A stretch of 64,000 nt of DNA from Dendrobates tinctorius (lineage: Eukaryota): assembly GCF_039654945.1 (NCBI RefSeq), contig NW_027362008.1:4216001-4280000 (forward strand). Reading direction: 5' to 3'. A model generated the notes under the pieces. It worked only from the letters and a program-made list of their open reading frames with translations. It was not told where the DNA came from and ran no database searches. Positions 11,393-24,792 of the stretch are shown here, piece by piece (the first letter of the stretch is position 1; each line of letters starts with the position of its first letter). Both the position numbers and the translations under genes were made by a program.

Positions 11393-12563
11393 AAGGAAAT
11401 CAAGGAAATGCTGTAGATATAGTATATCTTGACTTCAGCAAAGCATTTGACAAAGTCTCTCATACAATCCTTATTGAAAAAATGACTAAGTATGGAATGG
11501 ACAAGGCAACTGTTAGGTGGATTCATAACTGGCTTAGTGATCGGACCCAAAGAGTGGTCGTAAATGGCTGCACATCCAGTTGGAAGAATGTCTCAAGTGG
11601 GGTACCACAGGGCTCTGTCCTGGGCCCTGTATTGTTCAACATCTTTATCAACGATTTAGATGAAGGAATTGAGGGTAAACTGATTAAATTTGCTGATGAC
11701 ACAAAGCTAGGAGGGATAGCTAATACTAGAGAAGAGAGAGAGAGGATTCAAAAAGATTTAAATAAACTGGAGAAGTGGGCAGCAACTAACAGAATGGTTT
11801 TTAACAGGGAGAAATGCAAAGTACTACATCTGGGCAATAAAAATGAAAAAAGCATATATAGAATGGGAGGAATAGGGCTAAGTGACAGCACATGTGAAAA
11901 AGACTTGGGTATACTAATAGATCACAGACTGAATATGAGTCAACAGTGTGATGCAGCAGCAAAAAAGGCAAATGCAATTCTAGGATGTATTAACAGAAGC
12001 ATACAGTCTAGATCACGTGAAGTCATTATTTCCCTCTACTCCTCTTTGGTCAGACCTCATCTGGAATATTGTGTCCAATTTTGGGCACCACATTTTAAAA
12101 AAGACATCAACAAACTGGAGCAAGTTCAGAAAAGAGCGACCAGAATGGTGACCGGTCTGCAAACCCTGTCTTATGAGGAAAGGTTGCAGGATTTGGGAAT
12201 GTTTAGTTTGCAAAAGAGAAGACTGAGAGGAGACTTAATAGCTGTCTACAAATATCTAAAGGGCTGTCACATTGTAGAAGGATCAACTTTATTCTCATTT
12301 GCACAAGGAAAGACTAGAAGCAATGGGATGAAGCTGAATGGGAGGAGACACAGATTAGATATTAGAAAAAACTTTTTGACAGTTAGAGTGATCAATGAGT
12401 GGAACAGGCTGCCACGAGAAGTGGTGAGTTCTCCTTCAATGGAAGTCTTCAAACAGAGGCTGGACAGACATCTAACTGGGATGATTTAGCGAATCCTGCT
12501 TTGAGCAGGGGGTTGGACCAGATGGCCCAGGAGGTCCCTTCCAACTCTACGATTCTATGATTC
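11393..12563 (+). mobile_element. CR1 family A, 1.17-kb 3' fragment nested in the piggyBac-type element
   Basis: RT C-terminal half and ATTCTATG tail. TSD TAAAAC at 11387-11392 and 12564-12569. Confidence 0.97.
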
Positions 12564-13264
12564 TAAAACTGTCCCATTAGTTAACCCCTTTAGCGAACCC
12601 CTTAAAAAATAAAAATAAAAAACGAAGCAAAAAATAATGATTTATTATCATACCAATACCGCTGAAAACGTCATCTTGTCCCGCAAAAACGATCCACCAT
12701 ACAGCATCATCCGCAAAAAAATAAAAAAGTTATAGCTCGCAGAATAAAGCGATACAAAAATAATTATTTTTTATATAAAATAGTTTTCATTGCAAAAAAC
12801 CGACAAAACATAAAAAAACGACCTAAATGAGGTATCGCTGTAACCGTACTGACCCGAAGAATAAAACCGCTTTATCAATTTTACCGCACGCGGAACGGTG
12901 TAAACGCACCCCCCCAAAAGAAATTCATGAAACGCTGGTTTTTGTTCATTCTGCGTCCCAAAAATCGGAATAAAAAGCGATCAAAAAATGTCACGTGCCC
13001 GAAAATGGTACCAATAAAAACGTCAACTCGTCCCGCAAAAAATAAGACCTCACATGACTCGGTGGGTCAAAATACGGAAAAATTATAGCTCACAATATGT
13101 GGTGATGCAAAAACTATTTTTACAATAAAAAGCGTCTTTTAGCGTGCGACAGCCGCCAAACATAAAAACCGCCATAAATCGTAAATCAAACCCCCCGTTA
13201 TCACCCCCTTAGTTAGGGAAAAATAATAAAACTAAAAGAAAATGTATTTATTTCCATTTTCCCG

Positions 13265-13389
13265 CTAGGGTTAGGGTTAGGGTAGGGGTAGGGTTAGGGC
13301 TAGGGTTAGGGCTAGGGTTAGGGCTAGGGTTAGGGTTAGGGCTAGGGTTAGGGCTAGGGTTAGGGCTAGGGCTCAGATTAGGGTTAGGG
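13265..13389 (+). repeat. Telomere-like (TTAGGG/CTAGGG)n tract inside the transposon
   Basis: About 20 hexamers read directly. Confidence 0.92.
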
Positions 13390-13419
13390 GTGTGTTGAGG
13401 TTCGGGTTGGAGTTATAAT

Positions 13420-15750
13420 TGGGGGTTTCCACTGTTTGGGCACATCAGGTGCTCTCCAAAGGCAACATGGCGTCTGATCTCAATTCCAGCCAATTCTGCG
13501 TTGAAAAAGTCAAATGGTGCTCCTTCCCTTCCAAGCTCTGCCATGTGCCCAAACAGTGTTTTACCCCCACATGTAGGGTATCAGCCTACTCAGGACAAAT
13601 TACAAAACAACTTTTGGGGTCCAATTTCTCCTGTTACCCTTAGGAAAATAAAAAATTGGGGGCAAAAATATAATTTTGCGGAAAAAAATGTTTTTTTTAT
13701 TTTCACGCCCAGGCGTTATAAACTTCTGTGAAGCACTTGGGGGTTCAAAGTGCTCTCCACACATCTAGATAAGCTCGGTGGGGGGTCTAGTCTCCAAAAT
13801 GGGGTCACTTGTGGGGAGTTTCAATAGTTTAGGTACATTAGGGGCTCTCCAAACGCATATGACACCCGCATACCAATCCATCAAAGTCTGCATTCCAAAA
13901 CGTCACTACTTCCCTTCCGAGCCCCGACGTGTGCCCATACAGTAGTTTTCTCCCACATATGAGGTATCAGCGTACTCAGGACAAATTGGACAACAACTTT
14001 TGGGGTCCAATTTCTCCTGTTACCCTTGGGAAAATAAAAAAAATGTGGACTAAAAGATGATGTTTGTTGAAAAAATACGATATTTTTATTTTCACGCCCG
14101 GTCGTTATAAACTTCTATGAAGCACTGGGGGGTTCAAAGTGCTCACCACACATCTAGATAAGTTCATTAGGGGGTCTAGTTTCCAAAATGGGGTCACTTG
14201 TGGGGGGTTTCCACTGTTTAGGTACATCAGGGGCTCTCCAAACGCAACATGACACCCGCAGACCATTCCATCAAAGTCTGCATTCCAAAACGTCACTACT
14301 TCCCTTCCGAGTCCCGACGTGTGCCCATACAGTAGTTTTCTCCCACATATGAGGTATCAGCGTACTCAGGACAAATTGGACAACAACTTTTGGGGTCCAA
14401 TTTCTCCTGTTACCCTTGGGAAAATAAAAAAATGGGGACTAAAAGATGATGTTTGTTGAAAAAATACGATATTTTTATTTTCACGCCCGGTCGTTATAAA
14501 CTTCAGTGAAGCACTGGGGGGTTCAAAGTGCTCACCACACATCTAGATAAGTTCCTTGGGGGGTCTAGTTTCCAAAATGGTGTCATTTGTGGGGGGTTTC
14601 TACTGTTTTGGTACATCAGGGGCTTTCCTAACGCGACATGGTGTCCGATCTCAATTCCAGCCAAAAACGTCAAATGGCGCTGCTTCCCTTCCGAGCTCTG
14701 CCATACGCCCAAATAGTGGTTTACCCCCACATGTGGGGTATCAGCGTACTCAGGATAAATTGCACAATATCTTTTAGGGTCCTGTTACTTTTGGAAAAAT
14801 AAGAATTGAGGGTGAAAAGATCATTTTTGTGGAAAAAATATGATTTTTTAATTGTACTGCTGTACGTTATAAACTTCTGTGAAGCCCTTGGGGGTTCAAA
14901 GTTCTCACCACACATCTAGATAAGTTCCTTGGGGGGTCTAGATTCCAAAATGGTGTCATTTGTGGGGGGTTTCCACTGTTTTGGTACATCAGGGGTTTTC
15001 CAATCGCGACATGGTGTCCGATCTCAATTCTAGCCAAAAACGTCAAATGGCGCTGCTTCCCTTCCGAGCTCTGCTATGCGCCCAAATAGTCATTTACACC
15101 CACATATGGGGTATCAGCGTACTCAGGACAAATTGCACAATAACTTTTAGGGTCCTGTTACCCTTGGAAAATTAAAAATTGGGGGTGAAAAGATCATTTT
15201 TGTGGAAAAAATATGATTTTTTAATTGTACCGCTGTACGTTATAAACTTCTGTGAAGCCCTTGTGGGTTCAAAGTTCTCACCACATATCTAGATAAGTTC
15301 CTTGGGGGGTCTAGTTTCCAAAATGGGGTCACTTGGGGGGGTTTCCACTGTTTAGGTACATCAGGGGCTCGCCAAACGTGACATGGCGTCCGATCTGAAT
15401 TCCAGCCAATTTTGCATTGAAAAAGTCAAACGGCGCTCCTTCCATTCTGAGCTCTGCCATGCGCCGAAACAGTGGTTCCCCCCCACATATCAGGTATCAG
15501 CGTACTCAGGACAAATTGCACAATAAGTCTTGCAGTCCAATTTCTCCTGTTACCCTTGGTAAAATAAAGAAAATTGAACCTGAAGTATTTTTTTTGTGAA
15601 AAAAAGTTAAATGTTCATTTTTTTTTAATATTCAAAAAATTCCTGTGACGCACCTAAAGGGTTAATAAACTTCTTGAATGTGGTTTTAAGCACCTTAAGG
15701 GGTGCAGTTTTTAGAATGGTGTCACTTTTGGGTATTTTCTATCATATAGA
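13420..15750 (+). repeat. Internal tandem array of about six units of 373-389 bp
   Basis: The anchor ttataaacttc occurs at 13716, 14105, 14494, 14867 and 15240 (periods 389, 389, 373, 373), with a degenerate copy near 15662. Confidence 0.9.
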
Positions 15751-16539
15751 CCCCTCAAAGTGGCTTCAAATGTGAAGTGGTCCCTAAAAATAAAATGGTG
15801 TTGCAAAAATGAGAAATCGCTGGTCAATTTTTAACCCTTATAACTTCCTAACAAAAAAAAATTTTGGTTCCAAAACTGTGCTGATGTAAAGTAAACATGT
15901 GGGAAATGTTATGTATTAAGTTTTTTGTGTGCCGTATCGCTGTGATTTAAGGGCATAAAAATTCAAATTTGGAAAATTGCGAAATTTTCAAAATTTTCGC
16001 CAAATTTCCATTTTTTTCACAAATAACCGCAAGTTATTTGAATGCAATTTTACCACTAACATGAAGTACAATATGTCACGAGAAAACAATGTCAGAATAA
16101 CCGGGATCCATAGAAGCGTTCCAGAGTTATGACCTCATAAAGGTACAGTGGTCAGAATTGTAAAAATTGGCCCGGTAGTTAACGTGCAAACCACCCTTGG
16201 TAGTGAAGGGGTTAATAAATAATACAATTGAGCAATTTGAAGCAAACACTGCACTCAGCAGCTATTAATCAGGTAATCATAGCAGTGGCCCTAACAATTT
16301 CAATACCATGGTCATTGCATATTTTAGAAATTTTGTCTCTTGACTTCATGAAACTATCATGAAATAATACAATGAATAACATTTCTCTCTTTAGTTTACC
16401 TAATTATCAGCACAATGGTGAATAGTATCACAGGGCACCACAGGAAATTTCTATCCCTTTGTGTTGTCCCAAACCAGCATTCTCCCTGGAGAGATTTATA
16501 AATGTCAGTTTATATGTAAATGGAGACAGTAAGTCTTGG

Positions 16540-16591
16540 CCAATGACAATATCCCACTAATTAACAACCCCCTGCTCTTCCCAGATATAAA
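16540..16591 (+). promoter_or_regulatory. Putative core promoter of kinase copy 1 (CCAAT 16540-16544, TATAAA 16586-16591)
   Basis: CCAAT and TATA are followed by an ATG-free ~150-nt stretch ending in the donor aaag|gtgaat at 16758/16759. Conserved in all four units. Confidence 0.65.
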
Positions 16592-16979
16592 CTGTTTCCT
16601 CCTCTCAGTGACATCTACTTCACTCCAGGTATTATTTGTGGTCAGAACTGGCCTCTGAGGAGCATCAAGCTGTAGACTTGTTGGTGTACAGGAGGAGTTC
16701 AGCACCGACTATCATCTCTTTCAGTAGCAGTAGACCTCTTCAATCTCCATCTACAAAGGTGAATATATGATAAGTATAGCACAGCATATAGTAGATGGTA
16801 TTACTGCAGATCCCTGGGGAATTATGCAATGCTGGAACATTATTACAGTGACTGCACACTATTATACAATTGTGCATTTCTAGTCGCAGTTTACACGAGG
16901 TGATTACAGTTTGTTATTATGGATCTCAAAGATGTTTCATGCTTTATTCAATACCATATCTCATTTCATTTTATTCAGA

Positions 16980-18638
16980 ATGTCCACCAACATCAAGGAA
17001 GCAAGCAAGAACACGGCAAAACACCTTCTTCATCTGATATCAGAAACATCCAAGAACCTGAAGATGATGGAAGTGACTGACCACTTTGAACTTTTGCTAG
17101 AACTTGGGACTGGATCTTTTGGAAATGTACACATGTGAAAACACAAACATTCAGGTGAGATGATGATGATGGATGATGACTATGAAGATGACTGAGCCAT
17201 CAGGGTGGTTTTAGATGAATGTGAAAGATGAAATTGAAATCTGCTTGTACCCTGACAAACTGTACTTGTTAACAATCATTAAGTATCACCCTAGTTGTAT
17301 CCTATCTACAACGCGTCATTAGTATTCTGCACCACTACCCTCTAGTCTTATGAATGCTCCTGTGTAAGGTGATTGATCAGGTTATTTATATGGTTTTAAA
17401 AGTGTTATGGAATATGATGATGATGACGATGAATATTAACAATTATAATGTTTATTCAACAGGACAGACCGTGGCAATTAAAATGATGGCAAAGAAGAAG
17501 ACTCCAGAAGACAACTTCTTTCTGGAATATTGCATTTCACAAACCCTCAGCATTCATCGGAACATCATATTTACTCACGACATCTTCTTCCATACCAGTA
17601 GGGATTTTGTGTTTGTTCAGGAAGTGGCACCGGCCGGAAATCTCCAGTCCATCCTTGTACCTAAAGTAAGATCTTAAGCTGTTCTCCACTTTTATATATT
17701 CTAAGCATTATTCATGCTGCTAAAGAAAAAAAAATTAGTGGTCTTTATTGTAGATCTGACATCTAACATTACCCTATTTCCCCAGAGTTAATAAACTCAT
17801 ATTTCTGTAAGTAGCAGTATGGGACCCCCATAATTAGGCCGGATTAGGTTGTATGAGTATGTGTGAGCTAGTAAAATCCTCTATGTGAGAGATATTTAAT
17901 TTTTAGTGGAAATCTCACATTATAGAGGATATCTGATTAATAGCAGAGTAGAACTGATGTCTGCAGGAATTATATCTACTAGTAGAAGATATCTATAAGT
18001 CTTCTGTTCTTTTATATCAGATATGTTTTCCTTTCTGCTGTTCAGCTGTGTAATCTTCTGTGTTGTCTTTTTCTTAGGTCGGCATGCAGGAGGACATGTT
18101 GAAGTGCTGTGTTCCTCAGATCGCCAGTGCTCTGGACTTTATGCATAACAGAGGAATGGTTCATCGGGATATCAAGACGAATAATATTCTTCTGATGGAT
18201 GCAGAATGTCACTGGATAAAGCTGGCAGACTTTGGACTCACCAGGCTCCAGGGCACATTTGTTCCTTTTGTGCCCTGGTATAAACCCTACACTGCTCCAG
18301 AGCTCTGCTGCCTTAGACCAGGAGAACAGTTGTTGCTACATCCTAGTCTTGATGTCTGGGCTTTTGGTGTAGTCATTTATTATACTCTTTCTGGACTCTT
18401 TCCTTGGCATGGGGCAAAACGCGGTGATCGAGATTATAAAGAGTTTGCCTGGTGGCAGGTTGGAAGGGATCTGTCAAAAGCTCCAAAAAAGCGGAAGAAA
18501 ATTTCAGTGGAGGCCAGAGTAATGTTCTGGGAACTGCTTCAAATAAATGCCTGTAAGAGAGGCTCTGCCATTGACATTCTAAAATTTATGCACTTGCCAT
18601 GGAAAGCCGAGGAATGTTCAGAGACCGAAGCAACCTGA
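16980..18638 (+). pseudogene. SBK1-like Ser/Thr kinase copy 1, nonsense allele. Coding exons 16980-17154, 17463-17665, 18078-18638; non-coding exon 1 ends at 16758
   Basis: GT-AG introns join the exons in frame. Motifs LGTGSFGNV, VAIK, HRDIKTNN, KLADFG, YTAPE and DVWAFG are present. The GGA (Gly) codon of the other copies is TGA at 17136-17138. Confidence 0.9.
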
Positions 18639-18728
18639 TATGTTGAATCCATGACAAACTGCAATATGATATTTGTTTTTTTATCAATAATGTCTACAAA
18701 GCAGACTGTGAACTATTGTAAATAGCTC

Positions 18729-18742
18729 AATAAATGAATAAA
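18729..18742 (+). terminator. Double AATAAA polyadenylation signal of the kinase gene (also 37458-37471 and 51227-51240)
   Basis: Two AATAAA hexamers ~90 nt after the stop codon in each complete copy. Confidence 0.65.
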
Positions 18743-20738
18743 ACAGACTTGAATCTTACTAAAGTTTGTCTCGAGTAAAACAGAATAAAATATAGAAGTT
18801 ACGGGTATACGAACATGGGACACTCCCAAAACATTTTTTAAGTCAGTTTTTTTCATAAAAGTAACAAAACATAAAAAGTGATATAGAAAAGGAATTGTCA
18901 TGGTATTGCTATTCACATTCTACATATTTCACATTGACATGCTTTAGCACTACAGAGTGCAACTTTTTTGTTTATTGAAAATGAAGGTAACTGCAGCTAG
19001 TTGGCTCCTGTTCACATTAGCTTGGAAGTGCCAGTCTTTTTGTCAGTAAAAAAATAATACTGGTACTTTATTCCCAAATTTGATAAATATGCTGAGCCTC
19101 CATCTTGCTATTTGCACTGGATATTTTGTCCATTGGTTAAGAAAACTCCCTTGGTTATACAAGACTCAAGATTTTTTACAAATACAGGATGATTTTGATT
19201 GAGAAGAATTATTGCAGCTGGTGACAATCCTTGAGCTTTTGCTTTGCACACAATTCCTTTCAATTTGCAGGACCCTGGTATAACCAGGCAGCTGATACAG
19301 CAATGGATTCATAAGTTGCCGTGACTTGTAAATATATTTTTTGGAGAAAGATACTTAATTTGAACAATCCATTTCTATTACATATCAAATTATTCTTACA
19401 ATTTAAAGACAATATTCTTATAGTAAGAAGAGATGTGTCTTTTACTTTTTGGAAAGCATGCAGTAAAAAATAAAATCATTATGAGTCAGCACAAATTCTA
19501 ATAATTTGAAAACATAACTCTTGTGTGACTGAATATGATTGCCCTTTGTGCTCAAAAATATTTTACTGCCTGAGTTCCCAATTCATAACAGATTCTGGTA
19601 TAAAATGTCTCAATGTAAAGTCTCACTATCATTCTTGTGGGTGGCCAGGACTTCCAGCATCACCAGACCTCTGACTTCACTGTGCCTTTGTGGGGAAAAA
19701 ACTTGGCGCTCATAGTAAAATCAAAGAATTTTATATTTGAATTTATTTAACATTGTCGGAGAAGAGATTTCTATTTCTACTTGGGTAGTTTCTGTCTTAT
19801 GGGTACCCATGCAATGAAGCATAATGAGAGAGACAGACTGCTCGCTGTCTTTCCAAATAGTCTCTAAGGTTTATTGACAGTGTGAACTTTTATAGAACAA
19901 GATCAAAAAGAAATGAAAAATACATAAGAATTGGCAAAATAGAAACGGAGGTTACACAATCGTTGACATAAAAAGATAGGTTGCACAATGAGTTTTCAAC
20001 CACATCCTCGGACACAAGATAAAATTAAATGAAAAATGACAGGAATACGGTGGTGCTTTCCAAAAGTCAATGTGCTCTAAGTTAATAGTCATGAGTTTAT
20101 ATTCAAAAGATATTTTTCTAAAAAGATGTTAGAACATTTCACCTCAAAAGGGAAGAGAATGCATGTCCTTCAGATTTTCTGGGAATTGTAGGAACTGACC
20201 ATTAGCCATAGGACTGTGACCACATAGACAGATGATAACTGGATGTCACGACTAGCGACGAGTTCGCTGCCGAGCTGACACCTCCACGTCGACCGACCAC
20301 GACGACGTGGGGTGAGCGTCCCAAGTAGGGATGGAATGTGGACCCACTGGACCACAGGGGGAATCCAGGCCTACCCAGACTAGGGAAGAGTAGCGACCGG
20401 GGTCTTTGGCAGCTGAGCATGTGGACGAGGAGGCAGAATGACATGACACAGCACACTTCAGGTATAGACATAAAGTTTACTTGAACAAGACATGGTACAT
20501 AAACGAAACAGTTATGCAAGGCTCCCGGTTCCGCACATCAGGGAAGGGTACATGTCTCAAGAGAACAGAAGAAATGCAGGAGGTCATTACGGGTTGATGC
20601 AGTCCAGGTTTGTCTGGCATGGGTATACTAGAGCGGCCTCTTCCTCAGTCCTCAGTGGCAGCAAAGGGTCACCAGGAGAATATCAGACACCGACCACAAA
20701 CAGACTTCAGAAAATGGCAGGCATTGTCTGACATTTCA

Positions 20739-23483
20739 TAGAATCATAGAATCGTAGAGTTGGAAGGGACCTCCTGGGCCATCTGGTCCAACCCCCTGCT
20801 CAAAGCAGGATTTGCTAAATCATCCCAGTCAGATGTCTGTCCAGCCTCTGTTTGAAGACATCCATTGAAGGAGAACTCACCACTTCTCGTGGCAGCTTGT
20901 TCCACTCATTGATCACTCTAACTGTCAAAAAGTTTTTTCTAATATCTAATCTGTGTCTCCTCCCATTCAGTTTCATCCCATTGCTTCTAGTCTTTCCTTG
21001 TGCAAATGAGAATAAAGATGATCCTTCTACAATGTGACAGCCCTTGAGATATTTGTAGACAGCTATTAAGTCTCCTCTCAGTCTTCTCTTTTGCAAACTA
21101 AACAATCCCAAATCCTGCAACCTTTCCTCATAAGACAGGGTTTGCAGACCGGTCACCATTCTGGTTGCTCTTTTCTGAACTTGCTCCAGTTTGTTGATGT
21201 CTTTTTTAAAATGTGGTGCCCAAAACTGGACACAATATTCCAGATGAGGTCTGACCAGAGAGGAGTAGAGGGAAATAATGACTTCACGTGATCTAGACTG
21301 TATGCTTCTGTTAATACATCCTAGAATTGCATTTGCTTTTTTTGCTGCTGCATCACACTGTTGACTCATATTCAGTTTGTGATCTATTAGTATACCCAAG
21401 TCTTTTTCACATGTGCTGTTGCTTAGGCCTATTCCTCCCATTCTGTATATGCTTTTTTCATTTTTATTGCCCAGATGTAGTACTTTGCATTTTTCCCTGT
21501 TAAAAACCATTCTGTTAGTTTGTGCCCACTTCTCCAGTTTATTTATATCTTTTTGAATCCTCTCTCTCTCTTCTCTAGTATTAGCTATCCCTCCTAGCTT
21601 TGTGTCATCAGCAAATTTAATCAGTTTACCCTCAATTCCTTCATCTAAATTGTTGATAAAGATGTTGAACAATAAAGGGCCCAGGACAGAGACCTGTGGT
21701 ACCCCACTTGAGACATTCTTCCAACTGGATATGCTGAAATTTACGACCACTCTTTGGGTCCGATCACTAAGCCAGTTATGAATCCACCTAACAGTTGCCT
21801 TGTCCATTCCATACTTAGTCATTTTTTCAATAAGGATTGTATGAGATACTTTGTCAAATGCTTTGCTGAAGTCAAGATATACTATATCTACAGCATTTCT
21901 TTGATCCACCCAATCAGTGATTCTGTCATAGAAGGAAATTAAGTTAGTCTGACATGACTTATTAGTTACAAACCCATGCTGACTCTGTTTAATCACTTCA
22001 TTCTTATCCAGGTACTGACATACATGTTGTTTTATAATTTGTTCAAAGATCTTTCCTGGTATAGAAGTCAGACTCACCGGCCTATAGTTGCCTGGGTCCA
22101 CCTTCTTCCCCTTTTTGAAGATAGGAACAACATTTGCTCTTCTCCAGTCTTCCGGGACTTCTCCTGTTCTCCAAGAATTTTCAAATATTATGGAGAGGGG
22201 TTCAAAAATTTCTTCTGCTATCTCCTTCAGTACTCTGGGGTGTAATTCATCTGGACCTGGAGACTTGAATTCATTTAGGTTAGCTAAGTGTTTCCTCACT
22301 ATCTTTCTGTTTATAGATATCCTGGATTCTTCTATTCCCTTAATAGGACAGTGAAGAACAGTTGATGTCACATTTCCTTTCTGAGAGAAAACAGATGCAA
22401 AATAGGAATTTAAAAGTTCGGCCTTCTCAACATCCTGTCTTACCATTTCATCATTTTCATCCTGTAAAAATCCTATAGCATCTTTGACTTTTCTTTTACT
22501 TTTGACATATCCCCAAAATCCTTTATTATTGCTTTTGACATCTCTTGCAAGCCTCAATTCATTGTCAGCTTTAGATAATCTGATTTGTGACCTGCAGGTT
22601 CTGCAGACAGCATTATATTCTTCTTTAGATATGCCTCCCTCTTTCCATTTTATAAACATTTTTTTCTTCCATTTTAGCATGTGCTTAAGTTTTGTGTTCA
22701 TCCATCCTGGCTTCCTTAAATGCTTCCTATTCTTCCCTCTTTTCGGAATTGTTAACAATTGTGCTTTGAGAATTTCATTTTTCAAGATTTCCCATCCTTC
22801 CTGGACATTTTTGTCTTTAAGGATATCCAGCCATTGGATCCCTCCAATTCTCGTTCTGAATCCCTTAAAATCTGCCTTTCTGAAATCTAACCTTGACGTC
22901 TGAGTCTTCACAGGTCTTCCTCCTCTAGTTATCCAAAATTCTAAAATAGCATGGTCGCTACCTCCTAGGGTCCCAGCCACTTTTACCTCCTCAACCATTT
23001 CCTCCCTGTTTATAAGGATTAGATCCAAGGTAGCAGTTCCCCTTGTTTTCTCCCCTACCTTTTGGAAGATAAAGTTGTCAGCAAGAGAGGATAAGAATTT
23101 CCTTGACCTGTTAGTTTTGCCTGAGAGAGATTCCCAACAAATGTCTGGATAGTTGAAATCTCCCATGACAACTATGTCATATTTTTGGGAGAACTTGGCC
23201 ATTTGATGCATAAAGAGTTCATCCATATCTTCAGCTTGCACAGGTGGCCTGTAGTAAATGCCTACAATGGTGTCCTTTCCATTGTTCTGTCCTTGTATTC
23301 TTACCCAAACAGTTTCCACAGAACTCCCAGTCTCTGAAGCTTCAATCTCTGTGCAGATATACGCGTTTCTAACATACAATGCGACACCTCCTCCTCGTTT
23401 ATCAAGTCTGTTTCTTGCAAATAAGTTGTATCCTTCTAGTCTTGTATTCCAATCATGTGTATTGTCCCACCAAGTTTCAGTGA
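20739..23483 (-). mobile_element. CR1 family A, 5'-truncated within the endonuclease; remaining ORF2 is open (854 aa in the track)
   Basis: EN motifs (GDFN, SDH), RT domain and octamer tail. Short TSD/microhomology TTCA at 20735-20738 and 23484-23487. The site is empty in U1, U3 and U4. Confidence 0.97.
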
Positions 23484-24792
23484 TTCAATCACATCCATAC
23501 GCGCAGTACTTCTGTATTCTCCCGCTACCTGTATTTTATCAAAAAAGCTATAATGCCAATGGACAAAAACATAAATCTTATCTATTTGTAGAAAGTCTTG
23601 GTTGGTTCACTATATCCTCTAATTAGTGTCCTATCTGAGTACCCGGTTGCATACAAAAAAATTGAGCATTTATATTCACATATTGTCTTCACGTGATTTT
23701 CCCACTTCATTACAAACTTCCACCCGGTTCCTTCCATTAGGTTTTTCCAAGGAGCAACTAACCAGAGAGTTTTATCTTACTCACTGCTTTGAACAGCAAA
23801 AGGGCTGTTTAGAAACTGAGCACACATCATTTAGTCTCCATACATCAACAGGGCTGCTGTACAGGAGTACGAAATGAATATGGTGAAGTGTATTTTCCTG
23901 GGCCCAACCAGTATGTGGGTACCAAGGTGTAATGGGGTGCATAGGACTATGCAGCAGGGCAGACATTGCTGTCACTGTGTAAACAAAAGAGTAGGGGAGT
24001 ACCGTATGAATATGGTGAAGTGTATTTTCCTGGGCCCATCCAGTATGTGGGTTCCAAGTGTGTAATGGGGTGCATATGACTATGGTATGAATGTCAGAAA
24101 AAAATATTTAAAGCTATGAACTAGGAGTCAGGAATGCTTCCAGGGGCGATCCCCATGAATTCCCTGTGTCATTTGAGCAGTGTTTCCATAATTTTCAGAT
24201 GTTTCTAGACCTTAAAATGACCCCCTTGGGGGATCGGGGCAAAAATGCTCGGGTCTCCCATAGACTTATATTGGGCTCATTGTTCTGTCCGAGTACCCAA
24301 GTATTACAATTTGCTCGACCCGAACAACGAGTGCCCAAGCATTTTAGTGCTCGCTCATCACTAATCCCAGTACATAAAAAGCGATACCCAATTCATGGAG
24401 AATAACTTCTCTGAAATTCAAATTAATTGGGAAAATCCAAACACTTAAGCGATTTTGAATTTTGCTGCTCTGACCCATGTTATAAAACAATCTTATCATT
24501 TATTGTGCACGATGAATGCCGTATGAAGGAAAAAGTGAAAAACTGCAAAACTTGCTATTCTTGTTCATCTTAACTCACTAAAAAATTGAATTAAAAAAAT
24601 CATGTATCCCGATGCTATACCAAAACAACTAGTTTGTTACCCAAAACCATGTCCTCATGCAGATCTGCATTCAGAAAAATAAAAAGCAATGACTCTCAAT
24701 ATGACAGCTATAAAAACATATTGTGATTTTATTTGGTATGAACATAATCATGTCAGCACACAGAATAAAGTGAACATGTCAATTATACTGCT

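Larger units (their letters stand above)
10681..16211. mobile_element. Non-autonomous piggyBac-type DNA transposon (5,531 bp including the nested CR1), private to U1
   Basis: TTAA TSD at 10677-10680 and 16212-16215; termini CCCCTT...AAGGGG. The empty site actatattaataaat is present in U2-U4. No transposase ORF. Confidence 0.9.
1..19888 (+). repeat. Tandem segmental unit U1 (19,888 bp) of the SBK1-like kinase array
   Basis: The window-start sequence tttatagaacaagatc recurs at 19889, 38615 and 52392, followed by the same order of features each time. Confidence 0.95.

Noticed and set aside
13265-13389. Chromosome end or telomere-fusion site
   Set aside because: Short, degenerate, single-orientation tract internal to a TTAA-flanked transposon.
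13420-15750. CRISPR-like or tRNA/5S gene array
   Set aside because: Plain tandem units with no unique spacers and no recognisable RNA gene, in a eukaryotic context.
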